Positions 12,686 through 23,899 of a stretch of DNA of 64,000 bases are shown here, in pieces. Source of the DNA: Mobula hypostoma (taxonomy: Eukaryota); contig NC_086109.1 in assembly GCF_963921235.1 (NCBI RefSeq), forward strand, positions 17,486,001 through 17,550,000, written 5' to 3'. Within the stretch, counting starts at the first letter, position 1, and the number at the start of each line of letters is the position of its first letter. The position numbers and the translations under genes were made by a program. The notes under the pieces are model-generated. The model was not told the origin of the DNA. It saw only the letters and a list, made by a program, of their open reading frames with translations, and made no database searches.

Positions 12686-12814
12686 TGAGAAATGACAAGG
12701 CGATGTGTCAAACATCCTGGTCTCCAAGATGAATGGACAGGATCCCACAGCATTGTTTCACAGGCAAACAGGGGAGATCTTGCCACTGTCTTGACATATT
12801 GGCAAACTTCCAGA

Positions 12815-13415
12815 CAGAATCGTAGAATTATACAGCACAGAAAAAGCCCCTTCAGCCATCTTGTCTATGCTGACCAAGATCCCTATTTATGCCAGGCCCA
12901 GATGACTGTATGTGGCCCATGTCCCTTTTCACCTTTCCTGCCCATTACCTCTTGCAATGTCTTATAAGTGTTATAATCATACCTGCCTCTTCCACCTTCT
13001 CTGGCAGTTTGTTCCATGCACCCACCCACCCACCCACCTCTGTGTTGAAAACCTTGCCCCTCAGATCCTCTTCAACACTTCCCCCTCTCATTCTAAACCT
13101 CTGCCCTCTAATCTGAGACTTTGCTTTCTGGGAAAAATGCTCTGACGATTTGCTGTACCCTGTCTATGTCTCTCATAGTTCTGGAAATGACTATAAGGTG
13201 GTATATAAAATTATATGAACTGCTTATCCATTTATAAACCTTTATTCTATAAATTATAACAGTTTATTCTAAATCACTATTGTATAAATTGTTTATAAAC
13301 CGCTCAGCCTCCTACGCTCTGGGGAAAACAATCCCAGCTCATCCAATCCCTCTTTATAACACAGGTCCACCAGTGCAGGCAACTCTCCTGTGAATCTGTT
13401 CTGCACTCTCTCTAA
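12815..13415 (-). mobile_element. CR1 LINE 3' fragment
   Basis: Typical CR1 3' sequence (ctggcagtttgttcc, aaacctctgccctcta, ctgcactctctc) and tail. Confidence 0.75.
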
Positions 13416-13416
13416 T

Positions 13417-14135
13417 TTATTTATGTATGTATTTATTTATTTATTTAGAGATACAGCCCAGACCAGGCTCTTCCGGCCCACCGAGCAGTGCTGCCTAGCA
13501 ACCCACTGACTTAACCCTAGCCTAATCACAGTACAGGGTAAATCGGTGGCTCTGCCTCTGCACATGCAGCACGTGGGCCCGCCGGTGTGTGGACACACTC
13601 TGGTGCTCGTGAACCAGATCCCCAGCTATGGGTAAATAGCCCCCACAGCCTTGTGGGCATCTTTGGGGGAGACAAAGGTTATGGAAGTAAACGCAAATGG
13701 CAAATCCGGAGTGGAGCCCCTGAGGCGGCTGGACATCACGGAACATCCTTCCGGCAGCTCCTGCAGTCAAGCTGGTGCCAAACGTATCGCTTCATAAGCT
13801 TTCCTTTGGACTATGTTGGAGAGGCCGAGAGGGGGATCTTGATGACTGGGCATCTCAGGATCTCCATACCTTCCACCGAGGCTTGTGATGATGATTATCA
13901 TCATCACCCATTGTCCTTTGAGACAGACAGATACCAACCAACCAATCACAGTACAATTTACAATGGCCAATTAGCCTACTAACTGGGATGTCTTTGGCCT
14001 GTGAAAGAAAGCTGAAGCACCCGGAGAAAACCCACGCGATCACAGGGAGAACGTACAAACTCCTTACAGAGGGCACTGTGGATTGAACTCTGAGCTCCGA
14101 CACCCTAAGCTGTAAAAACGTTGTGTTAACTGCTG
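13417..14135 (-). mobile_element. tRNA-derived SINE interrupted by a 408-bp insertion
   Basis: (TTTA)n tail plus SINE body; the halves rejoin across the TSD AATCACAGTACA. Confidence 0.85.
13536..13943 (+). mobile_element. Non-autonomous RTE-derived retroposon with 12-bp TSD
   Basis: Perfect TSD at 13524-13535 and 13944-13955; (CCAA)n tail; shares the ggtgccaaa.gtatcg...cctttgga...tggagagg module with 57850-58410. Confidence 0.8.
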
Positions 14136-14748
14136 TTTACTATTTACTTATTATTTTCTTCAATATTCATTTATTGTTTAAATAAATAATAAATCATATT
14201 TATTGCTTATCTGTATTAACTGGTCAAATGTTGCATGGCTATTTGAGAGGCCCTGTGTAGAAATCAGCTGCCACATTTCCTGCAGGAGTACATACAATGA
14301 TTTGACCTAGAATCTTGATTCAGAAGTATCTTAGGAAATAGTGAAAGGATGAGCTGGACGACTTTCTCCAAGAAATGATCGACTTTCTCCTGAGGGACAC
14401 CAATTTTAAGAAAGTAAGCTTTGCAAATCTCTCCCAGTAGATTGGGTGCCTGTATGGTATTTGGTAAAATGGATGTCTGGTTAACGTGGGAGCAATTTTC
14501 AGAGCCCTTGTCATTAAGTTTACTTATTGTAGGTATGGAAACATAGAAATCTACAGCACGTTACAGGTCCTTAGGCCCACAATGTTTTGCCGACCCTTGA
14601 TTCCTTGTTTTATTAGTATAAAAAGAACAGCAATCCTTTAGATTACTCTAATGAGACAACATTTAATTCTTGTTTTAGTAGTTCCAGATAATAGATGAAA
14701 GTGCATTGTGTTTGTGATTGCTTGAAGGTGTGAAAGATGGACAGTGTA

Positions 14749-15284
14749 CAGTGCTGCGCAAAAGTCTGAGGAACATATCCATAGCTAGGGAGTCTAAGGC
14801 CTTTGTACAGTACTGTATTGTCAATGTGGAGCAAAGAGCGAGTTTGTAAATCTGGTGGGAGTAAAGGATGTTGGGAATGGCGAGGACGGAGCACCGCGGG
14901 AGGGGTAAGGGACAGGTAGCAGAGGAGTCCCGGGGCGAACGGGTGGCGTGGGTACATTCAACCCCAGCCCTGAGACACCAGGCAAGGTCATTTGATTCCA
15001 AACAATTGGTTTATTGATCGTTACAGAATGTCTCTCTGGTGCTTCCACTCCCTCCCCTCTCCCTTCTCCTTTTCCCAACTGTGATTCCCTTCTCCCTGCC
15101 CCCTTTTAGTCCACCATAGAGACCCATATCAGAATCAGGTTTATCATCACTCACATATCACTCATGAAATTTGTAGGTTTTTTTGTGTGGCAGCAATACA
15201 GTGCAACACATGAAATTACGACAGTGCTGTGCAAACGTCTTAGGCACCCTAGCTATACGTCCCCAAGACTTTTGCACAGTACTG
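14749..15284. mobile_element. Putative composite element: two inverted palindromic MITEs flanking ~400 bp cargo
   Basis: MITE units at 14749-14815 and 15222-15284 with centres in opposite orientation; TA outside both ends; cargo includes a Rex1 tail (15128-15215). Confidence 0.6.
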
Positions 15285-17392
15285 TATGCAAATTCATTCA
15301 GTCCAGTCTATGTTCATCCATAATTATCATTATCTGTCCAGTCTTTGGCCTCAGTTGACATAGCTTTCATCTCCAGTTTTGGGAAAAGAAGGTGGGATAT
15401 ATTTAAAAAAAAACTGCAGATGCTGGAAACCGGAAATAAAAACAGAACATGCTGGGAATTCTGAAACAGGTCAGACAGTATCCGTGGAAAAAGGGACAAT
15501 TAAGGTTTCAAATAGGGACACTTGGTCAGAACTGTGGGAGAGAGAAAGACGTTGGTTCTCAGTTACAGAGAAGGTGGAGGAGTGTTGGGGAGAACAAAGG
15601 GAATATCTGTGGTAGGATGAGACCAAATGGGTTGATGGGAGCAGTGGAACAACAGTTAGAAGCATGTTCGGCTGTGTGACGCGTTGCTAATGGCTAAGCT
15701 ACAGGACATGCTGTGGGATAAATGAAGTAAAGATCGGATAATGCTTACAGGCAAGTAACTATGTAAGAGGTGGGAAAGCCTGAAAAAGGAGGAGAGAACA
15801 GCTTTTGAAGCTTGCTGTTTGTGATCTCTTTCCACTGCCCTTTTCCTTTTCATTAGTGACCCACTTTGATGGAGTCAAAGTATCAGAGCACGGAGTGATT
15901 TCATCTTCACCCCTCTCCCCAGCACTGGCAAGCAGTGTTAACCTCAGCAACCCACAGTCAGCCAGCTGTGAGATTGTGGTGATACGCACCACTACATCGA
16001 TAATCGTGGCGGCAGGTCACCTCATTCAGCCCACGTCGTTGCCTCCCTTCCCTTTATCTGTGCAGCTTATGAGCTTATCCTTGGGATTTTGTGCATGCAT
16101 TTCTTCTGAAAGCTCAGGGTTCTGCTCAGTCTCCTTTCTGATTGTCTCCGCAGAATTAAAAGAAGCAAAGAGATTAAATGGATTTGCAGATGCAGATCTT
16201 CACTGAATATAAAACTTGAGGGCTTTAGATAAAAGGAAAGAGTGCAACACTAAAATTCCATCCCCTTTCTTCAGAATCCCTTTACTACAAAGCTAATACA
16301 TCAAGATATCAATTTTTAAAAAATAATTCTCTTGCATGATTTCATTTTCAATTTGTGCTTGAATTTCTGTGCTGTCAAAATGACACCAGAAATTAGCATC
16401 AACCAATTCGAGTTTGATGTAGTTTGGTTATTTCCACAGCAAAACTCTCCCCACCCAGGAACATGCTTCAAAACTACTGAAAGAATAACACACCCTCCTT
16501 CCTTTGTGTTTCTCTGCCGTCCTCTGAATTATAATGCTGATTTTACTTCAGCTCGTTATTTATCATTATTTAGAGATAGTGCAGAACAGGCCTTTCCGGC
16601 CCAACGAACCTGCACCACCCAGTGGCACCCATGTGAGTAATAAGCTTACCACCCTGTATGCCTTTGGAGTGTACGATAGATCCAGAGACCCCAGGGGAAA
16701 TCCATGTGGTCACGGGGAGAACACACAAACTTATTACAGGCCGCGGCAGGAATGAACACGGGTCACTGATGCCGCGAGGCGTCACGCCAACTGCTACTTC
16801 CCAGCTCTTGCTGCCATGTCCACTCTTCCCTCCTCTAAATGCCAATCGCCCTCCTCGCTTGCTCCAACTTCTACCTTCACTTCTTTCTACTGGCTATCTC
16901 CCGTAGCACTTTAGAGCGCCGGCTCTAAGATCGGGGTTCAATTCCCGTCGCCGTCTGTAAGGAGTTTGTATAATTTCCTCGTGGACATGTGGGTTTCCTC
17001 CAGGTGCTCCAGTTTCCTCCCACATTCAAGAGACATACCTTTAGGGTTAAAAGTTGTGAGCTCGCGATGAGGCGTAGTAACACTTGCGGGCTGCTCTGTA
17101 CAACCCTCACTGATTTGATTTGATGTACAGTGAGTGATGTATTTCACCGTATGGTTTGATGTACATGTGACAAATAAATCTTTTATATTTCCCTCTAGAT
17201 CAAGGGTTCCCAACCTGAGGTCCGTGTAACCTCAGTCAATGGTCTAGATGAAAGGTCCCAATCCAAAACATCGACTGTCCATTTCTCTGCATACTTTCTC
17301 CAGCAACTTATTCGTTGCTCCAGATTCCAGCGTCTGCAGACTTTTGTGTCTTTGTAGCGCGTTATGACTAGTTCTGTGTGGATAATGTTATT

Positions 17393-17585
17393 CAGTGGCC
17401 CCCACCCTCCGGGCCGTGGACCGATACATTGCCGCAAAGCATGCAGGGGTGCAGCGGTAGTCAGAACGCACCCAGCACATCTTTAAGAAAAAAGCCAAAA
17501 TAAACTAGCTAACCAATTAGGTGATGCCCGGCACGTAAATGTCAGCCCAGATCAGAGGCGATTGCCCAGAGGCTGGGGATCACTG
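17393..17585. mobile_element. hAT (Charlie-like) MITE with 8-bp TSD
   Basis: TIRs CAGTGGCCCCCA / TGGGGATCACTG; perfect TSD ATGTTATT at 17385-17392 and 17586-17593. Confidence 0.92.
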
Positions 17586-17814
17586 ATGTTATTCACGGAA
17601 CTGAAGCTCCTTAAAGTTTGTAACCCAATGTCCAGCATGATGAATGGAAGTTATGTTGACGAAGGCCAAATGATGGTTTATGGGATGGACCTGGTCTGAG
17701 TAGAATACATTTAGACACCATGTCTCTCACATCTTCCAGCTGCACCAATTCATTGTCTTTTTTGTTTTGAAATGTGGTCATTGCCTGCTTTGCTCAAAGT
17801 AAGGTCTCAAAAGT

Positions 17815-18115
17815 AGTAATATTTATTTATGTATTATTTACTTAGGTATGGCACAGAATAGGCTCTTCCAGCCCTTCGAACCACGTTGCCTAGCAACCAC
17901 CGATTTAATCCAAGCTTAATCATGGAACAATTTACAATGCCCGATTAACCTCCCAACTGGAGTGCCTTTGGACTGTGGGAGGAAATCAGAGCACCTGGAG
18001 GAAATACACGTGGGCAAGGAGAGAACGTGCAAATTCCTTGCAGGTAGCGGCAGGATTTGATCCTGGGTTGCCTGTACTGTAAAGCGTTGTGCTAACCTCT
18101 ATAGTACCGTGCCAC
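17815..18115 (-). mobile_element. tRNA-derived SINE
   Basis: Same family as 13417-14135 and 16565-16800; head ggtggcacggta...gatcaaatcc on the minus strand. Confidence 0.8.
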
Positions 18116-19484
18116 CTCAATGATATGATGAAAGAGGAATAAAGGAAAATGGGAATTATATGGAATGGGAGGTGGAAGATAAGCCATTGTCAAAGTACAT
18201 TCCCTATCAAAGTATGCATGCAGTATACAACCCCAAGATACGTCTTCCCAAAGGCAGCCATGAAACTAAGAAACACCATGGAACCCATTCAAAGAAACCA
18301 TTAAACACCCAACGTACAAAAAAAGATCAAATCGTGCAAACAGCAAAATTTGAGTGGATAACACATAGAATATTAAATATCAAACATAGAGTCCTTGAAG
18401 CAGTCTAGGAGTGTTCAGTGAAGTTTAGTTCAGTTCAATTTAGTGCTATGTCAGTTGTTGATTACAGTCTGCGGAGCAAGTCACAGCCTGATCAAAATTG
18501 CGCAAAACAGCAGTAAAAAAATGAGAACCAAAAACCATAAACACATATGATGTGAACTGAAGAGTCTCCTAACAATGAGTCCAATCCTATCCATGCCAAA
18601 CAAGCCTTGCCCAATGCCCAAGTCTCCTGCACCTTCCTCCGGCGACAGTGAGCAAATGGGAGGGGGAGACCAGTCAAACGCAGGCAGACAGCACTGAACA
18701 CCACCGCTCACTTTCTGCTCTCATCCTGGTTGATTTCAATCTTGTTCAACACTTTAATCAGTGAGAAATAGAGCTGATCCTAATTAACAATATAGGAGGT
18801 TCTCGCAGTTGTCTGATTCACTCCTGCAGTAATGTGTTACTTACTTGTAAATAGTCTTGCTCGTAACCTTACAGCCTTTACAAAGAATTCCATCAGTCTA
18901 ACATTGATGAGATTTCATGAGCTTACGAAGTTTGAGAATTTGCTGCCTTCCTCTTACAACAGAGTCGTGTTTGACTTTGTCTTCAGATGCTTTGTGATAT
19001 TTTTAATCTTTTGTTGTCTCAGGTCTTTCCTAAACCCTGGTGGGGCTGCAATTTGACACCTTCAGTCGACTCGCCATCCTCTGAGATGGGCAGTCATGGT
19101 ACAGGGTGTTGACCTGAAACGTGGGCTATCACTCTACCTGCACAGATGCTGCCTGACTCGCTGAGATCCTTGTTTTCGTTAAGCGTAATTGTCTGATTTC
19201 TTTTCAAAACAATGTTCCAGGTTATTCAGTTTCCCACCCTTGTCAGCTTCTCTCAGGATGCTATGCACAAATTCATTTGTCAACAAGCACCAGTTAAGCT
19301 ATTTATCTGGTCATTATTACAGTCATGTTTTAATGAATCTGCTGTGCCTACAATACCTCCCTGAAAACAGTAACTGCACTAGAACCAATTCATTGTACAA
19401 CAAATTGAGACATATCCTGAGGTTGTGGAAGTGCCCATTTTTTATTAGCATTCTTCGATCGTTGAACTAATAAATCAAAAACAA

Positions 19485-20470
19485 GCCACACAAAGCACTG
19501 GAGGAACTCATCAGGTCAGGCTGCACACATGGAAATGAACAGTTGACGTTTCGGGCCGAGGCCCTTCTTCAGGACTGGAAAGGAAGGGGGAAGACGCCAG
19601 AATAAAAATGTGGGAGGGGACGGAGGATTGGCTAGGAGGTGATAGGTGAAGCGAGTGGCTGGAAAACATAAATAGCTGGAGAGGATGGAATCTGATAGGA
19701 CAGGAGAGTGGATCATGGGAGAAATGGAAGAAGGAGGGCCACTGGGGAGGCAACAGGGAGGTGAGGAGATGATGTGAGAGGCCAGAAGAACGGGGAAGAG
19801 GGAGGGAAAAAAATATTACCAGAAGGAGAAATCAATTTTCATGACATCAGGTTGGAGGCTACCTAGACGCAATATGGGATGTTGCTCCTTTAACCTGTTG
19901 TGGCAAAAGAGGAGGCCATGGACCGACATGGAATGGGGAAATTAAAATGTTTGGCCACCATAAAATTCCACTTTTGGTGGATGGAGCAGATGTATTCGAC
20001 ATCGCAGTCCCCCAATATACATCAGGTCTCAACAATGTAGAGGAGGCCACTTTGGGAGCATCAGCACAATAGATTATCTCAACAGGTGAAGTGTCAACTC
20101 ACCTGGAAGGACTGTTTGGGGCCCTGAATGGGGATGGGGGCGGAGGTGAATGGGCAGGTATAGCATTTCTGTCACTTGCAAGATTATGTGCCAGGAGGGA
20201 GATTAGTAGGGAGGGACGAATGACACAGGAATCATGAAGGGAGCAGTCTCTGTGGAAAGCAGGGAGAGAGGTGTGGGGGGGGGGTTGGGTGGTAAAGATG
20301 AGTTTAGTGGTAAGATCTCGTTGAATGCGGCAGAAGTTGCAAAGAATGATGTGTTGGATGCAGAGGGTCGTCGGGTGGTAGATGAGGACAAGAGGAACTC
20401 TATCCCTGTTAAGGCAGCGGGAAGATGGGATGAGCGTGGATGGAGGAGATGCAGGAGAGGGAAGCATCTC
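19485..20470 (-). mobile_element. Penelope-like element, 5'-truncated (GIY-YIG region remnant plus terminus)
   Basis: ORF 20099..20467 DRVPLVLIYHP...IQHIILCNF..IQRDLTTKLIF matches the copy at 23900-25204. Confidence 0.88.
19540..19577 (-). ncRNA. Minimal hammerhead ribozyme motif (best-preserved core)
   Basis: Minus strand: cagUC CUGAAGA A GGGCC-UC-GGCCC GAAAC GUC aacug. CUGANGA, GAAA and the GUC triplet are all intact; one mismatch in stem I. Confidence 0.75.
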
Positions 20471-20714
20471 ACAAGTTGGTTCCAGGTTTTAATTTGTTGG
20501 TTTCAATGAGTTGACAAAATTCACTCATGCTGCTTACTATGGAGTTGACTTTTCAGGACAAGACCCTTCATCAGGGTGTATTTACGTTCATAGATGCTGC
20601 CTGACCTGTTGAGTTCCTCCAGCTTTTAGTGTGTAGCTCTGGATTCCAGTATCTGTGTTCATATTGCTTACAATTTGCTCCAGTGCCTGTAAGCTAACTT
20701 AGATGATTGAATCT

Positions 20715-21362
20715 GGTTTAAGCCGGCGCTGGTGAATCCCAGACACTTCTGGCTGGTGGCCGATAAAACAAAGAAAACAACTAAATACTTTGTTAGTCGC
20801 TCTTTTTCTGGTAACCGATCATCACGAGCAATAGTCTGTAACTTTCCTTTGGACCTGGAGGCAATTTGATGTGGTAGAACTGAGGTGAGGCGAAGCATTG
20901 GGCTCGTCGCCAAGAGCGAGGAAGACCCGAGATTTAATCGATTTAATTGCTGGGCCAAATCGGAAAGGTTGGGTACAGGATGAATGGAGGCGGCAGGGTC
21001 CAGGCCTTAGAGTGTATCGAAGTGACTGAACCCTATGATTTGATGACGATTTAGGCGTGGGTCAGATTGCAAAGTTCAGGGTGTCAGGGCCTGAGGCGAG
21101 GGACAGGCCAGTTCAGCTCACTGCTCTGTGACGTTTCCTCGGCTCTGCACTGAACTAAGAGTCTGTGAATGGAATTTCTTTGTGGACTTCAGTTCAGAAC
21201 GCAATTTGCTTGCGTTAGTTGTTTGCAGGATTTGTTTTCTTTTCTCTCTGCTCATAGGGTGTTTGGCTGCCTTCTTTTCTTTTAATGGATTCTTTTGGGT
21301 TTCTTTGTTTTGAGGCTGCCTAGTGGGAGATGAATCTCAAGGTGGTATAATAACTCAACTTT
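20715..21362 (+). mobile_element. Non-coding non-autonomous retroelement with Rex1-like tail
   Basis: Collinear with the reverse complement of 53166-53710 joined to 55748-55875. Confidence 0.75.
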
Positions 21363-21729
21363 GATCCTGGAAGATTTTAATGATAATCTAATTGAAGTTT
21401 ACTTGAGGGCCATTGGCGACTGTGCAGCCCCTGAGCAGTCACTGCCCAAGCTCAGGTCAGTAAGGTGCCGAGCCAACATGACCCAGAGTCTTCAGGTCTT
21501 TGCTTTGACTCACTGTGTAGCACTGTCTCTGAACCACAATGATTGTGAGTTCAAGTCCCACTTTAGAATCTCAGCTCAAGTTAACCTGCTTAGTGCTGAG
21601 AAAGATTTGCACCATCAGAAGGGTCAATGTTTAATGGTCTGTTAGATGACTTCCCAGGTGTGCGGTGTAAGTACTGGAAGAACACCTGAGGTATCCGGAC
21701 TGGTGTTTGTTTCTCAGTATTTTAAATTA

Positions 21730-23354
21730 CACTCGGCGGCCACTTTATTAAGCATCTCCTGTGCCTAATGAAATGGCCACTGAGTGTATATTCATGGTCT
21801 TCTGCTGCTGTAGCCCATCCACTTCAAGGTTCAACACGTTGTGTGTTCAGAGATGCTCTTCCACACACCACTGTTGTTATGCATGGTTATTTGAGTTACT
21901 GCAACCATCCTAACTGCCTGCAATTGGATCCTTGGCCTCCTAACTGGAAGACTACAGTCTGTGCAGATTGGTGATAATATCTCCCCCACGCTGGCAATCA
22001 ACACTGGCGCCCCTCAGGGGTGTGTGCTTATCCCATTGCTCTACTCTGTCTATACCTGTGTGGCTAGTATATAGCTCAAATACCATCTATAAATTTGCTG
22101 ATGATACAACCACGGTTGGCAGAACCTCAGATGGAAATGAGAGGGTGTACAGGAGCGAGATATACCAGTGGTGTCACAGACCAACATTACACTCAATGTC
22201 AGTAAGGCAAAAGAGCTGATTGTAGACTTCAGGAAGGGTAATACAAGGGACCATGAACCAATCCTCATAGAGGGATCAGAAGTGGAGAGAGAGAGAGCAA
22301 TTTCAAGTTCCTGGGTGTCAAGACCCCTGAGAATCTAACTTGGTCCCTACATATCAGTGCAGCTTCAAAGAAGGCAAGATGGTGGCTATATTTCCTTAGG
22401 AGTTTGGAGAGATTTGGTTTATCAACTAAAACATTGCAAACTTCTATGGATGTACCGTGGACAGCATTCTGACAGACTGCATCACTGTCTGGTATGGCAG
22501 TGGGGGGTGCTACTGCACAGGACCGAAAGAAGCTACAGAAAGTTGTAAAATTAATCAGCTCCATCATGGGTATTAGCCTCTGTAATATTCAAGACATCTT
22601 CAAGGAGCGATGTCTCAGAAAGGCAACGTCAATTACTAAGGACCCCCAGCGCCCAGGGCATGCCCTCTTCTCACTGTTACGGTCAGGAAGGAGGTACAGA
22701 AGCCTGGAGGCACACACTCAGTGATTCATAAACAGCTGGTTCTGATTCTGAACCAGTCTGGACATTCTCCTCTGACCCCTGCCATACCATTCCTAAATGG
22801 ACATTGAACCCATGGACACTGCCTCACTTTTTTAATATATATTATTTTACTTTACTTTTTTTGTTTTTGCACTATTTTTAACTTATTCAATATACTGTAA
22901 TTGATTTACATATTTTTTTTCTTTCTATATTATCATATATTGCATTGTATTGTTGCTGCTAAGTTAACAAATTTCGCAACACATGCTGGTGATAATAAAC
23001 CTCATTCGGAGCCTCTCTCATTAACAAGGCATATTAGACCCACAGAGCTGCCACTCACTGGATGTTTTTTGTTTCTTGCACCATTCTCTGTAAGCTTTAG
23101 AGACAGTTGTGCATGAAAATCCCAGGAGATCAGCAATTTCTGAGATACTCAAACCACCCCGTCTGGCACCAACAATCATTCCACAGTCAAAGTCACATAG
23201 ATCACATTTCTTCCCTACCTGATGTTTGGTCTGAACAAACTGGACCTCTTGACCAAGACTGCATGCTTTTATGCATTTAGTAGTTGCCATGTAATTGGCT
23301 GCTTAGATACTTGCATCAATGAGCAAGTGTGTCCAATAGAGTGGCCACTGTGTG
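21730..23354 (-). mobile_element. Tc1-like DNA transposon remnant, interrupted by Rex1
   Basis: TIR CACTCAGTGGCCACTTTATTA-like at both ends; ORF 23021..23290 DFDCGMIVGARRGGLSISEIADLLGFSCTTVSK is a Tc1 transposase N-terminal HTH. Confidence 0.88.
21905..23010 (+). mobile_element. Rex1/Babar LINE, 5'-truncated and frameshifted
   Basis: [25 protein letters not shown] and GRRYRSLEAHT remnants. Confidence 0.9.
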
Positions 23355-23735
23355 GGCAAAATGACACTTTCTGCATGTTGTGGGGTCTTGAGATGTCCAT
23401 GGAGAAATACTGCCGACTAACACATTCCTAGCTGCAGGAGTACATGGTGAAGGACACACTGAAGTTTGGTGTTGCCATTACAAAGGTTCGTTGGAGGATG
23501 ACCACAGGGTAGATTTTCTGTGCTACTGCTCAGGGAGGGGTATGCTTGTGTGAGAAAGCCCTCGATTATTGTACTGACACACCAACTCAAGGGGCCACAT
23601 GGATGGCAACAGTCCTAGTGGCTTTAAACTATGTAATTTAACACTTAACACTGTCTATGAATGGATGGATAAAAAAACTTTGCATGGTTCATTCTTGTAG
23701 ATGCTTGTTAAAGTTTATTTTGTTTCATTAAAAAT
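23355..23735 (+). mobile_element. Tx1/L1-clade LINE 3' end
   Basis: Translates EMSMEKYCRLTHS*LQEYMVKDTLKFG, similar to the fish/shark Tx1-like ORF2 C-terminus as recalled; A-rich end. Confidence 0.65.
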
Positions 23736-23899
23736 ACACAGAATGACAGCCTGGACCACAATTCACAATAGGGAAGAGATTGAGAAACTGTTACTAGGAT
23801 TGCAGAATCATTTAGAAAATAAGAGCTTAGAAAAGATTCTGTAGAAATACAGTGCCTGTTTCAGGATAGACAAGGCCTTTAGCTGGGAAGCAAAGTACT

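Noticed and set aside
14345..14419. Protein-like peptide KDELDDFLQEMIDFLLRDTNFKK followed by GTAAGC
   Set aside because: In-frame stops lie immediately upstream, there is no usable acceptor, and the pattern partly derives from an 11-bp direct repeat cgactttctcc.
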